A DNA stretch of 63,739 nucleotides, counting the filler, from Choristocarpus tenellus KU-1152 (taxonomy: Eukaryota > Protista > Phaeophyceae), in the NCBI GenBank assembly GCA_964200185.2. It is 10 parts of 10 records of this genome, joined end to end, with 100 filler letters (N's around TTAATTAATTAA, not from the genome) between each part and the next. Parts side by side here need not be neighbours in the genome. Positions count along the whole stretch, not along the records: positions 1 to 20,288 come from CAXNAD020000407.1; 9 more parts are not named here. One strand, written 5' to 3'. This document shows, piece after piece, positions 1 through 12,954 of this stretch. Made by a program: the position numbers and the translations under genes. Positions within the stretch are counted from its first letter, which is position 1, and each line of letters begins with the position of its first letter. Below the pieces are notes generated by a model. The model was not told the origin of the DNA. It ran no database searches and saw only the letters and a list, made by a program, of their open reading frames with translations.

Positions 1-45
1 CCCCCCCCCTCCCCCTTACCTCCCTCCACGACCCTGCCACCCCAG

Positions 46-530
46 CACTCTTGGGAACCTTCATGTCTGTGTACATGATCTGGATTGTCTATCTCTTGGT
101 ACGAAGCCGTGGCCTCCTTAAGCGCATGTCCGTCTCTTATCTGCTCCTGTACTTCTCCAGCCTGATCTCATGCATTGTGGGAGTGATTGGGGTATTTGCA
201 GCTGCTTTCTACCCTTATTCAACATCAACATCAGCATTCCTGGCCCTGTACGGGGTCATCAATATGTATGTCTGGGGCCTGGCTGGTTGTTTCACCTCTG
301 TGGATGGCGTTTCCAATGCACCAAGCGTTGCTACTGGTGGTGGTGGTGGTGAGGCGGGTCTTGGAGGAGTAGGAAATGGTGGAGTGCCAAGGACTGGGGA
401 GACAGAGATGGCTGGTGTTTACCCTCCAACAACAGGGAATGCGGATGCTGTCAACTTCAGCAATTTTGAAGGGGATGATGTGGCAATGTGGACAGCCGAT
501 GTAGAAACTGTTGAGGTTGCGCAAGTATAG
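46..530 (+). CDS. Terminal exon of a TMEM181/Wntless-like multipass membrane protein (5' part outside the window)
   Basis: Pyrimidine tract plus CAG acceptor at 43-45, then an open frame to TAG at 530. Three hydrophobic helices ending SAFLALYGVINMYVWGLAGCF resemble the TMEM181/WLS C-terminal motif (S-x-F-L-x-x-Y-G-x-x-N-x-Y). Confidence 0.6.
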
Positions 531-3500
531 TTGAGAGCTATATTGGAGGGGTTTGGAAGGGGGGGGGGCTGAGTGTGAAGTTGGTGGTGTTGGGGTCTTG
601 ATTTGGATAGGGTGTTCCAATAAATTTCAGACTATGATTATTGGTAGGTACTTGGAAAAGGAGAGGGGAAATAGATAGTTGCCCTTAGTATAAGAGTTGA
701 GTAGTACCTCATTTTTGCAGGGTTTTGTATGTTTTGGGAGGCTGTTGTTCAGTGTTGTGTAGTAACAGGAGGGTGGACACAACAGAAGAATGCATGCAGT
801 CCTGATGTGTTATCGAGCACTAAGTGGCTTACCCTGCACTACGACCTGTGTCTTCAGAGGAAACCCTCCAGGTTGATTATAGTTGATGTTCCCGACCGAG
901 TGTTTAGCGTATGTTGATTAGGGGTTGGATGGAAGTTCACTCGCACAGTTTGCCCAATGTACACACAACTGATACAGGAAGAAGGGAGGCATCCTGACCA
1001 AAACGATGATGTTGCGCTTGTACTACAAGATGTTTCGTGTTCATCTTTGAGGGGTACGTTTCTTGTTTCAAGGCTTAGGTTAGTTTTTTACGAAGTGGTT
1101 GTATTTGATGGGTAATGCGTGTTTTTAATGTGTTGTGTGTGTGTGTTGCATGTGGCGTGATTTTTAAGAGTATGGTCTCTCTTCCGGCATAGCGGCTCCA
1201 CCTCGTTTATTTACATGTTCCGAGTTTTATTAGATATTGTGACCGGTGTATTTGCCTCTTTGCTGGTGACTTTTTTTGTTTGATTTTCCACACGGCTCTT
1301 TTTTTTTTTCACTTGGTTTTTGTGTTCTTTTTTTTAATTCCTCTTGAGCATGGATGCTCTGGCAGTGTGTTCCTCTCGGAGTGATCCCCTCGCTTGGCCC
1401 CCCTCCCTCCCCCTTCGCCCTGCATATCCCACAATAAGCTCTATCTCTAGAGTGGAACATTCTTTGTGTGTTTCTTTTGTGATGAATTTGTCCTACAGGA
1501 TGTGTGTGCCCTTTGTTGTAGACGGAGAAATGTTGATGCCCCAGGTGCTTCAGTTTGGACATGCTGTAAGTGATAAAAGCTGTAGTTGCATTGTCGGACT
1601 CCACAATAGGCGAGGTTCATTTTTGGATTGGGATGGAGAATCACATTTTGGCGTGTTTTAGTGTGAAGGGTATGTTCCTTACGTGCTTCTAGGGGAAGAA
1701 TCAAGTGTGAGGAGTTGAGACAAGCCTGGGGGAGGCAAGGGGGCAGTCTATGTGTCATGCAAGATGGGACCTACATTCATCAAGTAGTTGCAATATTTTT
1801 TTGTAGGGTGTTGTTCCTTCCTTTCTCTTGTTTTTTTTTGTATACTGCTTTTTTGTTTTTAGACCAGGTTTTTTTCATATCCTTTGCGTAAAAGCTTGGA
1901 CGAGCTCAAGAAGTTACGTGGAAGCAACCAAAGGTTTAAAATATTTGATACACACCCCCAGTGGTGAACTCAACCCGTCTGTGCTAGGAGTGTTGCGAAT
2001 TGTTGTGATTGTAAGTCGAATATGATTGACATCATGGATCGAGGGGTTGAATTCGATTGGTCAGTTTCTCGTAAATGTCCTGCACACACTCTACAGGAAT
2101 TTCCTCATGGTGCTTTTTATGTGCACTCTGTGCACACATCGATTCTGATGGAGTCCATGGAAACTTTTGATGTGGTTTAATTCATGCTCACAAAGTCTTC
2201 TAATTTGAATTGTTATTTAGTCTGCACTCTACAGCACCACCGGTACAGAGATGACTATATTGCCTGGAACAATGGCATGTCCGTCCCACTGGGTGATGTC
2301 ACCAGGTGAACTGAACCCCCTTTCTTCGGGAATCCTCACTGTCCTTTGGGAACCTCCACTGTAATATATATTTATTTATTTTTCACGTTTTTTCTGTCAA
2401 GGTTAGGATTATATTTTTTGCATACAGGTTTAGGGTTAGAGTTCGAAGTCTCGAAACTGAGTGTGGAAAGGTGAATAGTGGTGAATCATTGAGGGGTTCT
2501 GGTTCCCCAGTGCACACTATATTTGTTCATCAATTCTGAGTCTTCTAGAATGTTTCCTTGACTGGTTATAGATACTTTTCGCACAAAAGTTAAGAGACAG
2601 GGGATAGATAGGGTTAGAGGATTCAAATTTCAAGAACGTGTACAAAAAGAGGGAAAGTATGACAGTGGTGGTTCCCTGAGTGAGGATTTCCAAGGATGGG
2701 GGCAAGGCATTTCTCCTGTACACTGCATTGGGTGTGCTATCCATTTGCTTGAGGATTAAGAGGTAACTGTAAATTTTTGATGAGGGGAGATTGTTACTTG
2801 ATTGTATGTGCTGCAGTGGTATTTTGGGGGGGATAGTATTTTCGTTCTTTTCCTAAAGTCAGGACGAATCATACTCTACCTGGAATAGGGAATCTACGAA
2901 CCCAAACATACCTTCACAGTTGATAATGTTACGTAGGTCACACATGTAGTATTCCCCGTGTCTCCCACACTTTGGATCCCATCTATCATGAACAACATAA
3001 GTTCTCACCTTCAACTATGGAGTTGGAGACTTCAGTGTGCGATAATTTCAGTTTTATGCGTTATCCTACCCAATTTGCTTATACATGGTGCCCCACAACT
3101 GCGTCATACATCTATGCTTGCTTTCACCATCAGGTGGTTTCGATTATAGATCATGTTTTCAACCGAGGTACATTGTATGCTTGTCTTCATTCCACAAGAG
3201 ACTTAGAAACCTGACCAAAAGAAGAGTGGTTTATGATTGGAAGGAAACTTACAGTGAATTAAAGCATCAGCAGAGAATGACCTCACCAGCAAAAATGACA
3301 GCCCAATGCACTTGCAATTCTGTTTTCGACACCCAGTCAGCATGGAGGCATCACAAATTTAACTTGCCACTGGTGGGGTGGTAGTGAAGGGCAACAAGGG
3401 GACCAACCCTCCATATTGTGACAGTATGAATGAAGTCAAGTGTGGAGCAAGTCAAGGCTATAGTAACTAAGTCCCTAAGCAACAACACACCAACCGATAC

Positions 3501-4000
3501 AGTAACACAGGAACAGTAACATCAGGGGTTTCTCAGGAAGATCTACAGAATTCTTTGGCAACCCTAACTCTTCTTGCTCAAGTTTCCTCCAATCTTGCAT
3601 CTAGCCACCCACATAACACATTCTTCCCACCCACCCCGATTAAGCACTGTTTCAGGTGCTACGTTGTGTACACAGTCCTCTACAGCAGTGCAGCAGGTGG
3701 CACACTAACACAAAAAATAACCGTGCATACAGCAAATGCACTGCACTTCTCTGAGAACATTGTCATGGTTGCACAGCTGCCACTATTTATACGAAAGAGG
3801 GCATGTGCCGCACTCTCTTAAGCACTACTAAAAAGCACTGTGTGACATTACGCTTGGCATGCCTCACAACACTCGAGGCCAACTATTCTCTATGAAACTC
3901 TCCACTCTGGCGCTCCACATCTTTTGTGCTTCCTCTCCTCTTTCTTCCACCCAAAAAATCCGTTCTATTTTCACGTGTCTAAAGAGGCGTCGTTGCTCGA

Positions 4001-5849
4001 TTACTGAACGCGAGCGTAAAAGATACCTGTTGCATGGGATAACGATGAGAGATGGGGTTTCAATGTAAGAAACAAGATATCACTACAAAACTGTTTGAGT
4101 TAATATTGCACAGGATATGCACTGTGCACAGTGAAGAAAAAAGATGTTACTGTTCCCAAAAACAAAGGACTTAGCATGGGTAACAGTAGTCATTCAAAAA
4201 TCTCATGGCAGAAACGAGTGATTCTTCTGCACACTCACCCTTGATAAGGATGTCCTTGGGAGTTTTCGAGCCCATGTCAGTATCACCCTTCTGCTTCGAG
4301 ACGAACACACCGCCGATCTCCTTAGCATCAGCATCCACCCTGTTAACCTCAAACTCAATCTGCCCCCCTGTCACATCGAAAGTCTTGTTGTTCTCCTTGA
4401 AGAGCTCCGCGTCCCCCTCAATACCGCTCTGCTTTCCAGGCAGTGCCACAGCCATGTCATAACCGGTGGATCCACCACGGCCCTTGGGGTCAAGGAAGAG
4501 TCCTGTACGGTAAGAGGGTGTCGTGAAGGCACCACCCATTTGGAACCCACTCTTGATGGTGTTTCCGCCGGAGGCAGCTTTGGCCACAAGGTTCTTCACG
4601 GTGAAGAGGAATGGCACACGCTCGCCACCAGGCATTTGAACGGTTGTAGCGGCATAGTCGATGCCGTCCTGTACCCCAAATAGTGAGAACGATCGAGTTA
4701 GTTGCCTTTCGAAAGGAGAAAAATATCGAGTGGATTATCAGGTGGGAGTCTGCGGAAATATGGAAGATCGCATAGGAGTTCACTGAGTAGTTTTTATCGT
4801 TCATACGAAAGATAAAGCAAAGGATAGTTGGCAAGGAAGATTGTATCCAGAATTTAAAATTGGCTGGTGTACCGAGCGACTACATTGCCGAAAAGCAAAA
4901 CGCTTTATTTGGGTGGAAAATGTCCTCTACCTTCTCAGCGAAGGTGAGCTTGCCATCCTTTTGCTCGAAGTCACCCTCCACTCCATACAAAGTGTACGTC
5001 TGCCGGGTCATGAGCTTGGTGTTCACCATCTCTGTCTTGGTCTCACCTTTCTTGTTTACTACCTGCCAGGATTCAATATCCGACGAGGGATTGGAAATAT
5101 TCGAAATCTAAAGGCTTGGAAGAAAAATGATCACGTACCTACAGGATGTTGGGGTGCTGAGTGTACTCAGGAGATTACCTCGCACTCAAGTGTAGCAAAA
5201 AAGGACTAACGCATCTTTGCCTTGCACTCTTTCGTGTACGTCAGTGCGGTTGTGTGATTCATCTTTCATCGTCATACCGATGTCACTGAATCTTCATCGT
5301 CATTTCGTGTGATGAAGGTCTTCTCAAATTATTTGATACAAACTTATCACAGCACAGGTCAGGCACACCATGAGGTGCACATGCGCGCATGCTAAAACTT
5401 GTCTTCTGAGGTCACTACAATCCTGCAACTCGAAGTATCATAAAGAGACAAGACATGCGTCTTACCTCATCTGCGACCTGGAACGCCTTTGGCTCGATGC
5501 ACATGTCAACAATTTTGGCGCCACCGCCCACGCTGATGGAGCCCTCCCCGATTACCTCCGGGCAACGGTTCGCCAGGCCAGTGCCCTTGACCTGCTTGTA
5601 GGTAAGCGAGTCAAGAGTATCCCTAGTGATGGCCAATGATGGCTCGCCCATAAGAGAGAGTCCGGCGAAAACAGTCATTGCCCCAGCCGCGACCTTCTTG
5701 AAGTCTTCCTGTGCGGACATCTTCATCGCTGAAGATGACGCAGCAGGTGCAGTCATGCTTGCGCCCTTGAAGGCGGAAGCGGGGACGAACGCGTCCACTG
5801 AGCTCATGCCCAGGGCAGAGAGAGCGAAGGCAACGATAGCGAGCTTCAT
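4001..5849 (-). CDS. psbO: Photosystem II oxygen-evolving enhancer protein 1 (PsbO), 4 exons: 5849-5466, 5062-4931, 4668-4239, 4026-4001; 323 aa
   Basis: Signal peptide plus SVDA|FVP (ASAFAP-like) transit motif. Conserved PsbO motifs: LTYKQVKGTGLANRCP, TKLMTRQTYTL, DGIDYAATTVQMPGGERVPFLFTVKNL, YRTGLFLDPKGRG, DTDMGSKTPKDILIKGIFYARV. All three introns are GT-AG and frame-consistent (972 nt). Confidence 0.98.
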
Positions 5850-6572
5850 TGTTGAAATCGAGTAAACTGTTGATAGGCAAGACTGCTTGCTCTCACAATG
5901 TGCAACACCACTGCTTCTGTCTCATCCTTTGCTGTTCATGAACCACTAAAAATAATCAAATAAAATATGGATTCTAAATTATATCCATTCTGGGGGAGTT
6001 TCCAGCTCAAAAGTAATATGTTGAGTATATGTATCTAACAAATCCCGGAGGATAGTTGTGATATTTGATCAATCTCGCCTTCAAGAAGGTGAGATATCGT
6101 TCGCGCATTTTGCTCGCTAAGGTGATGGCGCGCAAATCGTGTCCAAGTAGTATGGTTGTTAGATAAGTAGACAAAGCACTTTCTTGTTGATCGCTTGACG
6201 TTTTCAGAGTTCCTAATAATACTTTCCTTAGAAAATCTATTGAGTCAGTGGTTTGTTCTCCAGAAATTTGATAAATTGGCCGATACATATGCTACATGCG
6301 CACTTCGTGACTTGTTGAGACCTGCAGGAAATGATGCAAATAAATGAAAAGATTCATTGAGTCTGATTTCAATACACAGGAGAAATAAGTACATGTACAT
6401 ATTTCGGTTTATCTCAGTTTGATAACTAGCTGATGACCACAGTACATTTCCAACAAGTGGGAAGTCCCGCTCCCATATGCTTGGCAAGATTATATGTAGA
6501 AGCAACCTTCTGGTGTAGTTCTTCTTTATGAAGAGCTTGTCAAGGAAAGCATACTCAGACCCTTGCCCGGGA

Positions 6573-6610
<38 letters not shown>

Positions 6611-8680
6611 GCAAATTGAAAGAAGTAACGCATTTACTATGGCACCAGAGCTTTGTGTGACTATCCTTCATGTACAGGTTGGGGATATTATATTTTCCAG
6701 GTATCGAACTTTTGAGGCTACATTTTAGAGGTATGAAGTAGTAATGTGCGAACCATAAGCAGTGTTCAGTATAGGGACCATTTTGTAGGCGGGTTAATCC
6801 GGGAAAGTCCCCATTTCTGCCCACTAAGAAGTCAGAAGTTGGCGGAATGTTAAACCTTCATGATATCAAGGATCGGTAGCAAAGTTCTTTCAACATCTAC
6901 AAAGCATACTGGGCCACCAACTAAACTGCCACACTATTCTATATGCTTGTCATAGATATATGATGCATTGGGGAGTCAAAACAGTACACTGTACCTCAGA
7001 ACACACAACTACTTCCATTGCTGTTCTTCTGGTTATTGTTACTATGTGCAGATCTCGATAACTTGGAGGCATGGTTGCTACCAAAGTCCCCAAATATCCA
7101 GGTCAATCATACATGATTTTATCCACCGAGTGTTCACAGGGTTACCAAGTACGTGAATGAATATATGCAAGCAAAATAGCAAGCGCTATATAATAGAAAT
7201 CCCTCACACAGTTATGGCCGCATGTTGTCCTATGTTGGACATGTGTCACAAAATTAACTACTCAGGGCCTCAACTAAATTGATAGAGAACAACTTCACTT
7301 CGAGCTACAATTGGTGTCAATATAATTCACTGTTAACAATATTAATGGTACGGTCAGATGCAACATTCGCGCTTTGGGAGTGCCTATTGCAAAGGGTACA
7401 GAGGTGGTTCTGAACTGTGTCCTTCAAAGTACAAAGATCAATCTCGGCACAAGTCTTCCATTACATACTATCAGTAGAGTCATGTTTAGAAGGCCATACT
7501 ATCACTTCCAACAAGTAGCACAAATGATCAGCATTCAGGTGAAGTGTCGAGAGGAGCAATAACCTCCTTAATACAATATTCTCCACACGCATACATGTTC
7601 CCATCCTAAGTGGAAATTGTATATTTTGTTTGTACATGTATCTACCTGTGTCCTCAGCATCGGGGAATGTGATATGTGCTCAAACTACTATAACGACAGT
7701 CTCAAGTGCATGGCACGTTATCACAGAGACAGCAAATGATCTTTCCAAGCACGTCACTTGAACTGTGGAGGGCATGGGGCACTCACACACACGTGGATAA
7801 GTGAGACTGGCAATATGGAAATCATAGAAAGACAATGGACGGAATCAATATGAAAGGAGAACCCAAACAAGAGAAGACAAAAGCAAATAAGAGGTAACAA
7901 ATATGTTGTAGAGGATTGCACACATGTAAAGCTCTAGTATTACTTGTGACTTTCACTTTCGACTGGACTAGCCTGACATGAAGTCTCAAGGTGCCTCTTG
8001 AGCTACCAAGGATCACACGTTCCTTCTAGAACATTGGGATCAGTCAACCCACTGCTGATGAAACTTCCACCCTTCTCTACATTCCAGTCGTAACTGATCA
8101 TGCATTTGTCGTGTCGCGCATTTTTACTTGCGCTTTTCAAGTATACCTTTCCGTGGCAGCAGTCTCCCTGCAACAAAGAATGTCAAACCGACTGAGACTT
8201 GAAGTCCATTCTTGCTGCCATGGGCAATAGTTTGATTGACCAGGCAAAGGTGAACCGCAAGGCCCGCAGTCCACATGACACGAACAGTCAGTTTCCATTT
8301 CAAAGTATGATAGTCACTGGAATTCGAACTTGGTCCATAGCTTTGTAGATGTGATAGTTTTAGCCAACTAAGTTATAGTGGAACCAACTAAGTTATAGTG
8401 GAAGAACCTTTGCCATGCATGAATATGTAAGGATAGTACATAGTATTTCTCTCAGTTAAGATTTGACATAACTTGAGAAGAATTTCATGTTGAGACAAAT
8501 CCATACCCAAGCACACACCAAACGCACAACTGTCCATCAAACATATCTAAAACTATACACCTGCCCCCACTTATCAGCAAAGGGTGACAGGACAGTAACA
8601 GAGAGCATCTATACATAACTTCTACACTATTGAGAATATTGTATGTTTCCACTAAGCCAAGTGATGCAAAAGCAACAGCT

Positions 8681-9972
8681 TCAACTTCCCCTTGTACCGT
8701 TTTCATCCATCCGTGGAAGAACCCTTCTCTGTGCCCCAGGATGAACTCCCACTACTTTACTTCCAGGCCTTGCTACTCCACTTGGTGCTTTGACAGTCTC
8801 ACCCTCAGCCCCCCCAGCAGCCACAACACCTACAGGCATCGCACCCCCAGGCCATCCTTTTGCAATGGTTTCGTTCACCAGCTTGATTCCCTGCACCCTG
8901 GTCCCCAACTGTCCAGATTGATTGCGACACCGTTGCATCAACTCCTGGGAGAAAAACTCAGGATTCTGCTCGTATTCATTGTCCAGTCTCCTAAAGGAAA
9001 ACGGGAGCCATTGGGAACCGGAGACTGCAAATGAGGTGTAATTTTTTTGTTTCCGTGACCTCATCAAAGGAGCTAGGGGGTTAAAGCGGGATAATTAGCT
9101 TGTGCTTCTCCTCGTCCCTGACAATATTTTCGCAACAATTCGCGACTTTGGTGCAGATGACTCGACAATTAGCAGGACAACAAGGCACTGTTTAAAAGGT
9201 GTTTCAAACCTTGTTGGCAAAGGAAAAAATAGACTCTGCTTAGTCTCTCACTTTCAAGGGTTGTGGTGACCCAGTGCTAACTATAGAGTGTAAGAAGTCT
9301 CACAGTCTGGGGTGAGAACCGGCCAGACTGCAGAGAAAACAAGTGTGTCAAGGATTCTGAAAATATCAACCGACAAGTCCATACAGCATGGCATGAGGGC
9401 ATCAATATCCAATAATCCTATTTCATCAAGAAGATAAGTACATTTTGGGACTTACTCCAGCGATTCCACAGGAATTTGGAGGTGGCATGAACCTTGTTGC
9501 TTCTCTACCTCTTGCAGGCTCTCGATGTACGTGTTACTGGCGGTATTGAGGGAAGGACAGGGAAACACGGTATCATCTAGAGAAGTCAGACGGGGAGGAA
9601 GAACTGATGGCTTGGTTAAGAATGTCATGAAACGAAGGAAGGAGTAAGGTGAGAAAAAAAACAGTTCGACCAAGTCCTGAATAACCTCGATATCTGCGCT
9701 ATCGAATCGACCAACAGGACCAAGTGATGAAGTCTTAATACATCCTCTCCAACTAGGTATAAGATCTGGAGAGATGTTCATAGCAGAAACTTTCACATTT
9801 TCTCGAAGAAGAGGTTGGCGTTTCCGTCATCGAAGTCCTCGATCATGTTCTCCATATCATTGAGGTCCATCACAACATCCTCTAAACTCTTGAGTAGGGC
9901 ACTGTGATCGGATGTTGTACCTGACGACACAGAACCTGTTTCCCCTGAGCTTCGCTCGCTCCCACGATTCAT
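8681..9972 (-). CDS. MED10: Mediator complex subunit 10 (Nut2-like), 3 exons: 9972-9797, 9536-9456, 8990-8681; 188 aa
   Basis: The spliced product LKSLEDVVMDLNDMENMIEDFDDGNANLFFEKINTYIESLQEVEKQ..LQIPVESLERLDNEYEQNPEFFSQELMQRC follows the Med10 pattern (..V.DF...L..K+N..+..L..+D...+P.E+..Y+D.G.NP..+T). Two phase-2 GT-AG introns keep the frame. Confidence 0.85.
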
Positions 9973-10284
9973 ATATCTACCTAGTTTGTCAAGGTGGTCA
10001 AATCTCTCTTCTTGCACAACTCGTTTAGTATCATTAGGTTATCAATATGGAGTTTGTATTCCTGCCGATGGCGGTTTCATATGGATTGTGATGGGGTGTA
10101 TCATGGAAGTAGTGAGGTTGCTCTATCCTCTGCCTTCACCTTCAGGCTGAACCCACCAACATTCAGGCTTCCTGTTGATGTGTGTGGGATAGATTGATAT
10201 CATATTTCGTGCAGTATACTTGATAACGGAGAGGAACAATAAAGGCCTTCAATTCCCTTGGTATCATCCTTAAGAACACAAAGA
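9973..10284. promoter_or_regulatory. Putative bidirectional promoter between MED10 and the SGNH-like gene
   Basis: Two divergent ATGs separated by only 312 bp. Confidence 0.55.
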
Positions 10285-12954
10285 ATGAGGGACCTGTGGT
10301 TGTTGGCGGGCTACCTTTTGATCACACTTCGGCGTATTCTTACTGTAATGTGGATTCGACTCAACAAATTTATGTCCTGTGGAGATGGACAAATTCGTCC
10401 AGTGAGCGAGTATCGCCACAAGGTGAGATAGTTGATTGCTTCGATACCAGACTATCACCTCAGAAGATGTTCGGTGAAACGGCCAGACTAAAGAATGAAG
10501 TAGGGGCTAGAGTTTGCGGTGAATATTTGCACACTATTTCTCGATTGCCTTAGCCCAATAACTCAGGCATACTACACTTCCCCTACCCTGCCTTGGTTCC
10601 AAGTCTAGATTGCAGCTTGCTCCAGCTGCTAGAAGGAAATAAGACACTCCTGACAACCTTTGCCTCGCTTGAATGTTGTCTTCGTGCGCTTTACTTTCAA
10701 CCACGTGTGACCTGGTACTTTATCCTTGCTACTCATCGCCTGATGGAAAACATCGCAGGTGGTGATTATTGGTGATGGCTTCGCCGAGGGGCTCGGTGAC
10801 TGGGTTGTTTTGGGGGGAATTGCAGGCTTGGTTCGTTTTCTACAGAGAAAAGTGGTTGAAGATGATTCGGTGCGAGGGCTTGAATGCAGAAAGTGCCCAT
10901 GCTTAAATTATTCCTATTATGTGAAATACTAAGTGGCTGGTTGTGTCGTCCCTTGTCGAAGTGTATTGCAACCTCATCGAGCGTTTCCATTGTGGGGATG
11001 TCTTCACTTATCCACCCCTTTCCAGTGTTCTTTTTCACTAGGTCTTTCCAAAGATATCTTCAACTTGTGCAAATTTTGCTTGTCATAGCCACCGTCAACG
11101 CATCACAGACAGCGTTCTTCATTGTCAATGGGTCAGACGAGTTTCACATCTGTGCAACAATGTCGATTGTGGCGCTTGCAACCGAAGCTCTATCACAGTC
11201 TCTTGCACAAAAACAACAGTTACTGACCATGAACTATTAACCACTAATGTATGGAAAATATTGTAATCCCCTTGAAAATTTCTGCAATTTTCCCCATCCA
11301 CTGATCATATCACATCTCATTTTCTTTCCCTGGCTGCCTTTATGAACCATTTTGGAAACAACTGATCATGTTAACAGGAAGTGGACCTTCCCCCCTACCT
11401 TCCAACTGCCTACCTCGTTTGCTATCTCTTGGTATGCAATTCGACAGATCCGATCTAGCTGGGAAATTGTCAACCGAGGACGCTCAGGAAGCACTTCTGT
11501 TGACTGGTTACCAGATGACACAAACAAGGTGTGATACTGATTGGATGAACGTCTCAAATGTTCTGAGTGGTATGAGAAGTAATTTAAGCTATATTGTTGT
11601 GAGAACTTCTAATTTGATGTGATATTACCGTTGTTTCTTTACTTCTGTGTCAATCCTCGGGAGCTTGCCAAAATCCTTGTACTACTCTTCAAGAGCCCCA
11701 TTCCTGTGTGTGAAATAGTACTGCCACACACCTGCACCCATGGTAGATACACCACATCACCATCTCCATTGGCAGGCAGCAGCATAATCCAAATGGCAAC
11801 ATGAAAAGCTGATTGGAATGGATCTTACCACAACTAGGCAGCAGAGGACATCTTGTTTTGGCTGCTTTGAAAGAACGTTGAGAGCTGCATTGAATTCAAT
11901 AAGGACTTTATATTCACCAAGCCACTATCCAGTCACAGAGTTTAGTTTTACTCGACCTTAAAGTCCAGTGTAGTTGCTTTTGCACTCCTATCCTCAAAGT
12001 TCCAAACAAGTATTATTGGGTGTTTTCCTGTACTTCGAGGATCGAGTCTTCATCTTTCTCAACCTCCTCCTCCCGCTAACCTATATGACCTAGCCCACAA
12101 CTTTCTTTTCTAGTATTGATAGTCTCTGTATCACCAGGGAATAGCTTATGCTCCCAGTGTGTATGCATACTATGTACAGTAGTGAATTCTTACGGTGGGT
12201 TGCGATGCTGCATGACTTGTGCAACTCAACTTAACTTTCTGCTTGTATCCAACTCCTAATCTCTCCCAATTGCTGAACCATCCAGGCCTTTCTAAGTAGG
12301 AATGCCCTGTCCAAGGCCTGTGTGGATGCAGAGATCTTTGTGGTAGTGGTGGGTACCATGGACGTTGTTATGGATGTCGCAGGCATGCCCATCACCGCCA
12401 TGCGCAAGACCGCCCTGGATGACTTCAAGGAAGATGAGCTAAGTGAAACCTGCAAGAACATCCGTGAGGTGTGTGAGACCCTAAGGAACCTGGGAAAGAG
12501 GGTTGCCGTCTGCAATGTGATGACATCCGGTGCTGGAGTTGGGAAAAGGGCTGGGACGGCCAAGCGCATAAATCGCCAGCTGATCCTGTATGCAAGGTCT
12601 ACAGAAAAAGGCGGCAATAATGTTGCCGGGGGCAAGGGAGGTGAGGGGGCAGGAGGGGCAGGAGGGGAAACAACTATGGTAAGGCACCCTGTGAAACTGA
12701 TCAAGCTTAACAACCCACGAGCCTCAAGGGATGATGGGCGAGCTTTTGATGGCCTACATCTTAATTCCAACGGCTATCAATCCTTTGCGACAGAGGTCTA
12801 TGAGATTGTTCGCCCTATGATGATTGCTGTGGAGTGGAAGGGGTGGAAGGCCAAGCTCATACACACGAGCAACACCTCGTCTAGGGAAGAAGCAGCACAG
12901 ATTGAGGGTCCTGGGTGTCAGGAGAAGAGGTCAGTCAGCAAAAAGACTGATTGA
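10285..12954 (+). CDS. SGNH/GDSL hydrolase-fold protein, 4 exons: 10285-10422, 10759-10869, 11448-11528, 12286-12954; 332 aa
   Basis: Block I VVIIGDGFAEG, block II NRGRSGST, block III VVVVGTMD, block V DGLHLN. All introns are phase 0 and GT-AG (999 nt). Confidence 0.88.

Noticed and set aside
9452-11240. Fragmented ORFs first read as a decayed retroelement
   Set aside because: Explained by the spliced MED10 (minus) and SGNH-like (plus) exons and their introns.
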